Positions 22,222 through 30,811 of a stretch of 64,000 nt of DNA are shown here, piece by piece. Origin of the DNA: an uncultured bacterium (GTDB taxonomy: Bacteria > Babelota > Babeliae > Babelales > Babelaceae); contig CAWKFG010000004.1 in the NCBI GenBank assembly GCA_963848965.1, positions 1 through 64,000 on the forward strand, written 5' to 3'. How positions within the stretch are numbered: position 1 is the stretch's first letter; every line of letters begins with the position of its first letter. A program made the position numbers and the translations under genes. The notes under the pieces were generated by a model, which was not told where the DNA came from, searched no databases, and saw only the letters and a program-made list of their open reading frames with translations.

Positions 22222-23406
22222 ATGAACCAGTGGTGGAAAAACAAAAATGTTTGGGGCTTTGGACTTTCAAGTTTTTTAAGCGATTTCAGTCATGAAATGG
22301 CAACTGCCATCCTGCCAACATTTGTACAAGAGCTAGCAGGAACACACTATGCTCCACAATTTATGGGTCTTATAAGTGGTATTGCAAATAGTATTGCAAG
22401 CCTTATACGTCTTGGTGCAGGAAGGCTGAGTGACCAGCTAGAGCACCGCAAGACCTTAACGCTCATTGGAAATAGCCTTGTTGGAATATTTATTCCTCTT
22501 CTAGGAACGGCACATACACTTTTTCTTGTTTCTTTTTATCAAACAGTTGCTTGGATAGGGCGTGCTATCCTAGGACCTGCTCGAGATACGTTGTTAGCAG
22601 CTTCTGTTACGTTCCATGATTATGGCAAAGCATTTGGACTCCATCGTTCGCTAGATACTCTAGGAGCTATTATGGGGCCTCTTACGGCATCATTTTTTAT
22701 AGCCTATTACGCTCCTTCTACTATATTCTTTATTGCTGCCATCCCAGCTTTTTTCTCTTTTCTCTCGTTACTCTTTTTTACCTACGATATTCCCTCAAGG
22801 CACAAGGAACGGCGCTCTTTTTCTTTATCATTCAAAGATCTTCCCTCCGCTTTTCTTTATTTTGCAGGAGTTATCCTTCTTTTTGGACTCGGGAACTTCA
22901 ACAAGACACTGTTACTTCTTCGCACTCAAGAATGCATCTCTTCTCCTACAGGGCTTACTGCAAGTACCATTATTGTATTATATGCTCTTTTAAATAGCAT
23001 TCGCGCTTTAAGCGAATCTTTTATAGGAGCACTCGCAGATAGAACCAATAAACAGTATCTTCTTGCATTTTTAGGCTTTGGCCTTTTTGGAGTTCTTTCA
23101 CTTGGGCTTGTAGTACCTATACCTTCATTATGGTTTCTGCTGCCACTGTTTATAGTTGCTGGCATCAGTACAGCAACTACTACGGTAGTTATTAAAGTAC
23201 AAACAGCACTCTTATTACCTACTCATATGCAAGGAATAGGCTTTGGTATCATACAGGCAACTGAAGGTATCGCTGTTCTTTTTTCTAATCTTATTATAGG
23301 ATTCCTTTGGAGCCAATTCTCTGCAGAACTTGCATTTAGTTATGCAGCTCTTACCAGTTTTTCTGCAACCCTTCTTTTATTGTTCACTAAGATAGAGCAA
23401 AAATAA
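22222..23406 (+). CDS. MFS transporter
   Basis: About 12 TM segments; SFLSDFSHEM, GRLSD, GKAFGLHRSLDTLGA. Confidence 0.92.
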   Translation: MNQWWKNKNVWGFGLSSFLSDFSHEMATAILPTFVQELAGTHYAPQFMGLISGIANSIASLIRLGAGRLSDQLEHRKTLTLIGNSLVGIFIPLLGTAHTLFLVSFYQTVAWIGRAILGPARDTLLAASVTFHDYGKAFGLHRSLDTLGAIMGPLTASFFIAYYAPSTIFFIAAIPAFFSFLSLLFFTYDIPSRHKERRSFSLSFKDLPSAFLYFAGVILLFGLGNFNKTLLLLRTQECISSPTGLTASTIIVLYALLNSIRALSESFIGALADRTNKQYLLAFLGFGLFGVLSLGLVVPIPSLWFLLPLFIVAGISTATTTVVIKVQTALLLPTHMQGIGFGIIQATEGIAVLFSNLIIGFLWSQFSAELAFSYAALTSFSATLLLLFTKIEQK

Positions 23407-23526
23407 ATGAATAGAGTATGCAAACATTTTCATAGAGTCTTAAACTGCTGTCTGCATAAACCCTTGACTCATCAATCATAATAGAAATATAATTTAGGTA
23501 AGATTTAAAAATAAAAGGAACTTATT

Positions 23527-24321
23527 ATGAAAAAACTTTACTTAATTTTCTCTCTCCTTTCTTTCTCTTTTCTTAGAGCTGGCGGCTCAGAAACAGCAGA
23601 GATGCAAAAGGCACTTAAAGAACATGCACATACATACCTTACTCAATTGCCTGCAGAACTGCGCCATGAGCTAGTAACCTTACGAGGTGCTTCAGAGTTA
23701 AGTGAGGCTATTATCAGTCAGGACGCAGTCAAAGTTCGGGATATTGTAAGAGCAGCTCCGCATTTAGCAACTGCAGCTATGCTCAAGCTAGCAGTTACAG
23801 CGCCACCTCCTCCAAAACCCCAAGGATTCATCCCGTGGCTAAAATCTCAATTTACTCAATTAAAGCAGGAATCCCAGGAGGCTGCTAGAAAAGAAACTGA
23901 GCGAATTTCATTTCATCCAGATTTAATTCGTAGTTATATTGTAAGATTTTTATTAAAAGCAGCAGGGCCCCGTATTGCCATGGAAAAGGATAATGAAGGC
24001 AAAACCATTTTACATTGGGCCGTTAAAAACGGAGACTATAGCCTTATAGAAGAGGTAGTAACCAACAGTCCTCCATTTTTGTTATTTGTTCGAGATAATG
24101 ATGGCAAAAGAGCTCGGCATTATACAAATAACCCATTTATCGAGGGTATATTCAACGCAGTAGAAACCATGTTGCTCAAACAGTTACCAGAGCTACTACT
24201 TATTGCAAACGATCCACGATTATTAGAACCATTATTAAAGGATCCTCTTGAAAAAGGTCCATTTGAAGCTGCTTTAAAGGCTATAAAAGAAGCTTTTAAA
24301 GAACAACAACTTCATTTCTAG
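23527..24321 (+). CDS. Secreted ankyrin-repeat protein
   Basis: Signal peptide; YLTQLPAELR; KDNEGKTILHWAVKNG; RDNDGKRA; upstream TTGACT-18-TATAAT. Confidence 0.75.
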   Translation: MKKLYLIFSLLSFSFLRAGGSETAEMQKALKEHAHTYLTQLPAELRHELVTLRGASELSEAIISQDAVKVRDIVRAAPHLATAAMLKLAVTAPPPPKPQGFIPWLKSQFTQLKQESQEAARKETERISFHPDLIRSYIVRFLLKAAGPRIAMEKDNEGKTILHWAVKNGDYSLIEEVVTNSPPFLLFVRDNDGKRARHYTNNPFIEGIFNAVETMLLKQLPELLLIANDPRLLEPLLKDPLEKGPFEAALKAIKEAFKEQQLHF

Positions 24322-24433
24322 TCGTCTAAAAGATTGTGTTTAGCCTACCAATAAGGCCTATAGTTTTGCAATCCGATAATTCTTGTACAGTTTTTACATT
24401 TTATGCTAGAATTGTACAAGAAAGGTGTAAAAC

Positions 24434-25615
24434 ATGATTATACGGGACTTAAAAAATACTTTAGAAGAAGTTTCAAAACAATTACCTGTCATAGCCATTT
24501 TAGGCCCTCGTCAATCAGGCAAAACTACGTTGGCGCAAACTTCCTTTAAGAATCATATATATCTTTCTTTAGAGGATTTAGACACACGAGCACGCGCTCT
24601 TAACGATCCTCGAGAATTTTTGGAATTTCACCGTAATCCTTATGGTCTTATTCTCGATGAAATTCAAAATGCTCCAGAGCTCTTATCCTATATTCAAACA
24701 TATGTTGATCGTGAAAACGTTTTAGGTTATTTCATTCTTACTGGCTCACAGAACTTTCTTGTTAATCAAGCAGTTACACAAACACTTGCTGGCAGAATAG
24801 CTATTCTCACCCTTTTACCTCTTTCAATTGCAGAGCTAAGAAAAAATAATCTTTTGCCAAACACAGTTGAAGAATTTATCTTTAAAGGAAGCTATCCTCG
24901 GCTCTATGCTCATCCAATTCAACCTTCGTTATGGTATGCCAGTTACACGCTCACCTATATTGAGCGAGACGTAAGGCAATTAGCTTCTATTACAGATCTT
25001 ACTGTATTTCAACTTTTTATGAAGCTCTGCGCAGGACATATTGGACGGCTTGTTAACATCTCCTCTCTTGCAAATGAATGTGGTATTGATTTACGTGTTG
25101 CCAAAGGATGGCTTTCTATTCTTCAAGCAAGCTATATTATATTTCTATTACAACCATATTATAAAAACTTTAACAAACGACTTGTAAAAACACCTAAGCT
25201 CTATTTCTATGATACCGGTCTTGCGTCAGCACTATTGCAGATAGAATCCGTTGAACAACTACAAACCCACTATCTTCGTGGCGAGCTTATGGAAAACGCT
25301 ATAATAGCAGAGTTCTTAAAAGATGTTTATAATTCAGCTCGTATTCCTCATCTTTATTTTTGGCGCGACAACCATGGCAACGAAATAGACTGCCTCATTG
25401 AAAAAGGAACACATATCATACCTGTTGAAGTAAAAGCTGGCAGAACAGTTACCACACGATACTTTAAAGGTCTTAACTATTGGAACGAGCTTACCAAAAA
25501 TAATCCTGCAAAAAGTTATGTTATCTATGCAGCAGATGAAAATCAGAAATGGAAGTATGGACACGTCTTAAGCTGGAAATTCTCGGATACCATTATTACA
25601 GATCTTTATAGTTAA
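24434..25615 (+). CDS. AAA_14 ATPase with DUF4143 domain
   Basis: GPRQSGKTT, LDEIQ, LTGS, KTPKLYFYDTGL, EID...PVEVK. Confidence 0.93.
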   Translation: MIIRDLKNTLEEVSKQLPVIAILGPRQSGKTTLAQTSFKNHIYLSLEDLDTRARALNDPREFLEFHRNPYGLILDEIQNAPELLSYIQTYVDRENVLGYFILTGSQNFLVNQAVTQTLAGRIAILTLLPLSIAELRKNNLLPNTVEEFIFKGSYPRLYAHPIQPSLWYASYTLTYIERDVRQLASITDLTVFQLFMKLCAGHIGRLVNISSLANECGIDLRVAKGWLSILQASYIIFLLQPYYKNFNKRLVKTPKLYFYDTGLASALLQIESVEQLQTHYLRGELMENAIIAEFLKDVYNSARIPHLYFWRDNHGNEIDCLIEKGTHIIPVEVKAGRTVTTRYFKGLNYWNELTKNNPAKSYVIYAADENQKWKYGHVLSWKFSDTIITDLYS

Positions 25616-25749
25616 CAGGTTATACAGTTTTACATCTCATGGCCAAACTCATATAAAAACCTCCAGGGCAAGATTTTGTACAATTTCAGCATTTTGTGCT
25701 ATAGTTGTATAAAACAACAATCGATTATCACTGCATTTTAAAGGACGTT

Positions 25750-26865
25750 ATGAGTATTACCGCAGGACTTGTAGGACTTCCCAATGTAGGCAAGTCTACT
25801 CTTTTTAACGCACTTACTAAATCATCAGTACCAGCAGAAAATTATCCATTTTGTACTATTGATCCACATATAGCTTGTACAGAAGTTCCTGATGAGCGCA
25901 TTAAAAAATTATACGACATTTATAAATCTCCTAAAATAGTTCCAGCGACTGTCCAGTTTGTTGATATTGCAGGCCTTGTAAAGGGCGCAGCTTCTGGCGA
26001 AGGGCTTGGTAATCAATTTTTAAGCCATATTCGTGAAGTACATCTTATTTTACACGTACTACGGTGCTTTGACGATCCTCATATCACCTATACAAAGGGT
26101 GAAACCATAGACCCTCTTGAAGACTATGATATTATTGTCACTGAACTTATGCTTAAAGATCTTGATTCTGTTGAAAAAAGAAAAGTTAAAGTAGCACAGC
26201 TCATGAAAGCGAGCAAAGGTAATGCTATTCAGCAAAAAGAGCTTACTGACGAAGCGGCTTTGCTTGAAAAGCTCTCTGAAGCTCTTAATGCCCATTCTCT
26301 TGAAAAAGTACACCAAGCACTTGCAAGTTCATCAGTACAGACAATACCTCTTGTATCTGCAAAAAATTTTCTTATCATTGCAAATATAGCTGAAGGTGAA
26401 ATTGCAGATGAAGGATATAAAAACAATAAATATTATCAAGCACTCATACAGAAGTTTGGTCAAGAAAAAGTGATTCCTATCAGCGCAAAGCTTGAGTATG
26501 AACTCTCTCAACTTGGTGAACAAGAAAGAAAAGAGATGAGTGAAATGATGGGTGTTACGCAGCGCGGGCTCGATGTTATTATTGCTAAAACATATAAGCA
26601 CCTTGGCCTTATTACCTTCTTTACCTGTGGCCCTAAAGAGATTCATGCTTGGCCTCTTAAACAAGGAATAGCTGTCCGACAAGCTGCTGGTGAAATTCAC
26701 TCAGATCTTGAGCGCGGCTTTATTTGTGCTGAAGTATTTAATTGCGCAGATCTCTTTACCTACGCAAGTGAAACGAAGCTCAAGGATGTAGGAAAAATAC
26801 GCACCGAAGGTCAAGATTATAAAGTAGCTGATGGTGATATTATTCATGTTAAATTTAATGTGTAA
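25750..26865 (+). CDS. ychF: Ribosome-binding ATPase YchF
   Basis: GLVGLPNVGKSTLFNALT, NYPFCTI, DIAGLVKGA.GEGLGNQFL, IHSDLERGFI. Confidence 0.97.
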   Translation: MSITAGLVGLPNVGKSTLFNALTKSSVPAENYPFCTIDPHIACTEVPDERIKKLYDIYKSPKIVPATVQFVDIAGLVKGAASGEGLGNQFLSHIREVHLILHVLRCFDDPHITYTKGETIDPLEDYDIIVTELMLKDLDSVEKRKVKVAQLMKASKGNAIQQKELTDEAALLEKLSEALNAHSLEKVHQALASSSVQTIPLVSAKNFLIIANIAEGEIADEGYKNNKYYQALIQKFGQEKVIPISAKLEYELSQLGEQERKEMSEMMGVTQRGLDVIIAKTYKHLGLITFFTCGPKEIHAWPLKQGIAVRQAAGEIHSDLERGFICAEVFNCADLFTYASETKLKDVGKIRTEGQDYKVADGDIIHVKFNV

Positions 26866-26868
26866 CCT

Positions 26869-27903
26869 ATGACAAAAAAAAGTTTTAAAAGCGATAATTA
26901 CGCAGGCATTCATCCAAAAATTCTTCAAGCAATCCAAAAAGCTAATAGTGGTGATTGTCCTGCCTATGGTAAAGACGCCTGGACAGAGCAAGCCGTACGA
27001 AAGTTTAAAGAACAGTTTGGTACAAATGAAGTATACTTTGTAGCCACCGGTACTGCAGCTAATGTATTAGGCATTCAAGCAGCACTCTCATCATATCAAG
27101 CAATTATTTGTGCACAAACAGCACATCTGAACGTAGATGAATGTGGCGCTCCTGAAAAGTTTCTTGGCTCTAAGCTTCTTACCATCCCTACAGGTACAGG
27201 CAAACTGACCGTAGATCTTATAAAAAAATACGTCTCTGCCGTAGGCAACATACACCATGTGCAACCGAAGGTAGTCTCTATTACACAAGCTACAGAGCTA
27301 GGAACTGTATATACACCCCAAGAGATTAAACAGCTTGCTCAGTTTGTACATAAACAAGGCTGGCTTCTTCATATGGATGGAGCGCGCTTGTGCAATGCTG
27401 CTGCAGCATTAAATGTATCATTAAAAGCTCTTACTAAAGATGTAGGTATTGATATTCTTTCTTTTGGCGGCACCAAAAATGGCATGATGCTTGGTGAAGC
27501 AGTGCTTTTTTTTAATAAAGCACTTGCTCAAGATTTTATCTATATTCAAAAGCAAGGTATGCACTTACTATCCAAGATGCGTTTTATATCAGCCCAATTT
27601 ATAGCTTTGCTGTCAGACAACCTGTGGCTTAAAAATGCACAACAAGCAAATGGTATGGCACAGCTTCTTATACAAGAGCTTCAAAAAATACCTGAAGTTG
27701 ATGTAGCTACTACCAATCAATCAAATGCTGTTTTTGCTAGAATTAACCCAAAGTATATCCCAGAACTACAGAAAGAGTACGATTTTTACGTGTGGGATGA
27801 AGAGACATCTGAAGTACGGTGGATGACCTCTTTTTCTACAACCAAAGAAGATGTACAAACATTTATACAATACATTAAAACTGTTATTAAAAGTTTTAAA
27901 TGA
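26869..27903 (+). CDS. ltaE: Low-specificity L-threonine aldolase
   Basis: FKSDNYAG, TGTAAN, HMDGARL.NA, SFGGTKNG. Confidence 0.92.
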   Translation: MTKKSFKSDNYAGIHPKILQAIQKANSGDCPAYGKDAWTEQAVRKFKEQFGTNEVYFVATGTAANVLGIQAALSSYQAIICAQTAHLNVDECGAPEKFLGSKLLTIPTGTGKLTVDLIKKYVSAVGNIHHVQPKVVSITQATELGTVYTPQEIKQLAQFVHKQGWLLHMDGARLCNAAAALNVSLKALTKDVGIDILSFGGTKNGMMLGEAVLFFNKALAQDFIYIQKQGMHLLSKMRFISAQFIALLSDNLWLKNAQQANGMAQLLIQELQKIPEVDVATTNQSNAVFARINPKYIPELQKEYDFYVWDEETSEVRWMTSFSTTKEDVQTFIQYIKTVIKSFK

Positions 27904-28085
27904 AATCAAGGAAGCCTTTTTCTAGAAAAAGTATTATTTGTAGAGCTTAAGACAAAAGAGAGCTTTAAAATAACGAACCTCATTAAGAATTGTAATGTGT
28001 CCCATAAGCTGTAGGACTTTTTATTGAAAAGCTTTATTTCTTTATAGTACTATTAAATAAATTAATATTAAAATAAGGAGTCTTT

Positions 28086-28862
28086 ATGAATACAAAAAAT
28101 ATTTTTTATGTGGCCCTGTTTTTTGTTCTTGGCATATATAGCATAAAAGCTGCAGAACTACCCCTTGATGCACAAATGTTTGAAGCAATTTCAAAGAAAA
28201 ACTTAGAAACAGTCAAAAAGCTTGTTGAACAAGGAGCAAAAGCCGATTATAAACCTCTTGGTCAGCATGGACCTCCACTTGCTGAAGCTGCGCGAGAAAA
28301 TTCAGCATCTATTGTTGAATACCTTTTAAGTAAAGGTGCCTTGATAGATCAACGTAATATTAGCAATCGAACTCCTCTCATGATTGCTCTTCAAAGCAAT
28401 GCTCCTGATGTTGTAAACGTACTTTTACAACATGGCGCAAACGTCAATGCAACGGATGGACTGAGTAGTACTCCTTTAATGCTCGCTGCAGCATATAGTG
28501 AAGTTCCTCAGGTGAACATCATTAAAGATCTTATTACTAGAGGAGCACAAATTAACATACAAGATAATGAAGGGATGACCCCTCTCCTGTATGCAGTAAA
28601 AACAGGTAATACACCAGTAGTAAAATACCTTCTTACTTTACCCACTATTGATATACATGCAAAAAATAAACAAGGCCAAACAGCCCTTGCTTTAGCATAT
28701 GAAGGATTTGAAAAGACCAATACTGATCGATATAAAGAAATAGGCCGTATGCTCGTTCAACATCTTGGAATTACAGGGCCTGAAGGCAGAATTTCAAAAA
28801 CTGGCATTCAACAAAAGCAACTCCCTGAAGACATACTAAAGTATATAGCTACGTTTCTTTGA
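28086..28862 (+). CDS. Secreted ankyrin-repeat protein with a C-terminal F-box-like motif
   Basis: Signal peptide, about five ankyrin repeats (TPLMIA, TPLMLA, TPLLYA), ending LPEDILKYIATFL. Confidence 0.88.
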   Translation: MNTKNIFYVALFFVLGIYSIKAAELPLDAQMFEAISKKNLETVKKLVEQGAKADYKPLGQHGPPLAEAARENSASIVEYLLSKGALIDQRNISNRTPLMIALQSNAPDVVNVLLQHGANVNATDGLSSTPLMLAAAYSEVPQVNIIKDLITRGAQINIQDNEGMTPLLYAVKTGNTPVVKYLLTLPTIDIHAKNKQGQTALALAYEGFEKTNTDRYKEIGRMLVQHLGITGPEGRISKTGIQQKQLPEDILKYIATFL

Positions 28863-28869
28863 TACAGAA

Positions 28870-28900
28870 TATAAGGCTCGTAGGATAGACGAGCCTTATA
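28870..28900. terminator. Hairpin terminator
   Basis: TATAAGGCTCGT...ACGAGCCTTATA. Confidence 0.7.
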
Positions 28901-29009
28901 CCTAAAAAGTAATTTCTAGATATTTCATGCTTTATCTTGCTTTTTATGGTATACTAAAGTATAGAAGAAAGGAGACTCTCTACAAAGGTAACCTTTAGTA
29001 ATAAAAATT

Positions 29010-29432
29010 ATGAAAAGAAAAAAAGGATATTTTTCAATATCTGCAGTTGCTAAAATGTTTTCTGTACATCAACAGACTATTAGACTGTATGAAAAAGAAG
29101 GCCTTATAACGCCTAAGCGTTCTGAAGGCAATACACGGCTTTTCTCTGAAGAAGATATTAACCGACTTGAAGAGGTTATTTACCTCACTCATAAGCTTGG
29201 TATTAATCTTGCCGGAGTAGAGATGATTCTCCGGCTTCAAAAGCAAATTAAGAAAATGCAAAAAGAGATGAACATCCTTTTTAAGAATGCACAAAATGAA
29301 CTCACTCGAGAAGAAGAAGTTAACAAAGAAGCAGTAAAAGATGCAGCAACTCGACTCGCTAAACTCAAAAAAACTGAACGAGAATTTCCTGAGTTAGAAG
29401 TCAAATTGAATAAAAAGAGTAAGGAGGATTAG
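29010..29432 (+). CDS. hspR: MerR-family heat-shock repressor HspR
   Basis: FSISAVAKMFSVHQQTIRLYEKEGLITPKRSEGNTRLFS...GINLAGVEMIL. Confidence 0.9.
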   Translation: MKRKKGYFSISAVAKMFSVHQQTIRLYEKEGLITPKRSEGNTRLFSEEDINRLEEVIYLTHKLGINLAGVEMILRLQKQIKKMQKEMNILFKNAQNELTREEEVNKEAVKDAATRLAKLKKTEREFPELEVKLNKKSKED

Positions 29433-29433
29433 T

Positions 29434-30318
29434 ATGTGGTTTAATCAAATAAAAACAGCTTTTCTACTAGCAAGCCTTTCAGGGCTTCTTATGCTTTTAG
29501 GAGCTGTACTTGGTGGCACACAGGGTATTATAGTAGCATTTTTTATATCACTCATTATGAATGGGTTTGCCTACTTTTTCTCTGACAAACTAGTACTTAA
29601 CATGTATGGCGCAAAGCCGCTTGATGCAAGTGAATATGGCTGGATCCATGATATGGTAGAAGAGCTTACGCAAAAAGACAATCTTCCTATGCCTAAGCTT
29701 TGGCTTATTCGTACTCCTATGGCAAATGCATTTGCTACCGGAAGGAATCCAAAACATGCCTCAGTTGCTGTCACGACAGGAATTTTAGATATTTTAGACA
29801 AGCACGAGTTACGTGGAGTACTTGCACATGAATTGTCTCACGTAAAAAACAGAGATATTTTAGTAAGTACAGTAGCAGCTACGCTTGCAACAGCTATTGG
29901 TTTTTTAGCAAATATGATGCAAAGTCTTGCTTTTTGGGGGACTATGTCACGCAATGGAGACAGAGACCGAGGATTTAATCCGCTCGTTCTTTTGGTAGTT
30001 GCTATACTTATGCCTATTGCAGCAACACTTATACAACTTGCTATTTCTCGTTCTCGTGAATATCTTGCAGATGAAAGTGGTGCAGAGTTGTCTCATGATC
30101 CATTAGCACTCGCTTCTGCGTTAGAAAAATTAGAAGCACATATAAAGTATGCACATTTGCGCAATGACGATACCGCACATGCAACGAGTGCACACTTATT
30201 TATTGTAAAACCTTTTACTGGAGGCATTGGCGCACTTTTTTCTACCCACCCTCCTATGCAAAAGCGTGTTGAACGCTTACGTAAAATATATGAAGAAATG
30301 GTGCGAAGCACTCGATAG
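29434..30318 (+). CDS. htpX: Zinc metalloprotease HtpX
   Basis: NAFATGRNP, GVLAHELSHV, SRSREYLAD, FSTHPP. Confidence 0.97.
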   Translation: MWFNQIKTAFLLASLSGLLMLLGAVLGGTQGIIVAFFISLIMNGFAYFFSDKLVLNMYGAKPLDASEYGWIHDMVEELTQKDNLPMPKLWLIRTPMANAFATGRNPKHASVAVTTGILDILDKHELRGVLAHELSHVKNRDILVSTVAATLATAIGFLANMMQSLAFWGTMSRNGDRDRGFNPLVLLVVAILMPIAATLIQLAISRSREYLADESGAELSHDPLALASALEKLEAHIKYAHLRNDDTAHATSAHLFIVKPFTGGIGALFSTHPPMQKRVERLRKIYEEMVRSTR

Positions 30319-30325
30319 GACAACT

Positions 30326-30784
30326 ATGAATCAAGGACCTTTTGATAACGATAACAATCAATTTGTTGTATCGTACGAGCTTTTGCAACTTTTTAAATGG
30401 CTCTTTGACCATGAACAAGAAGCACTCAAAAAGTTAGTATCTAAAGCTTTACGTAATGGTCTTCATGAAACTCTTGCGTATCAAACTGAAGGATTTGAAA
30501 ACCCTGAAGAATTACAACAAAATGTAGTAGACTTTTTTGCTCTCTTAGATACCTTGCTTTATGAACTTATTCATGAAACAGAGACAAAGAAAGTTATTCA
30601 GCGTGCACTTATTCCTGCTCTTGATCAAATAGATTCAAAAGTATGCGATGATGTTACCGTTGCAGTAACTGCAGCAAAAGTTACTTCACAATTAGAAGAT
30701 AACCCACTACAAGATCCTAAAACAGCTCTTTGTAAAGAGCTTTTAAAGCGGTGGAAACCTTCTAAAAAACTTTCAATGCACTAA
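30326..30784 (+). CDS. Hypothetical protein
   Basis: ATG 7 nt after the htpX stop; codon usage matches neighbours. Confidence 0.75.
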   Translation: MNQGPFDNDNNQFVVSYELLQLFKWLFDHEQEALKKLVSKALRNGLHETLAYQTEGFENPEELQQNVVDFFALLDTLLYELIHETETKKVIQRALIPALDQIDSKVCDDVTVAVTAAKVTSQLEDNPLQDPKTALCKELLKRWKPSKKLSMH

Positions 30785-30811
30785 ATAAGGACAGCCTTGC
30801 TGTCCTTATTT
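30785..30811. terminator. Bidirectional terminator
   Basis: AATAAGGACAGC-CTT-GCTGTCCTTATT between convergent genes. Confidence 0.8.
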
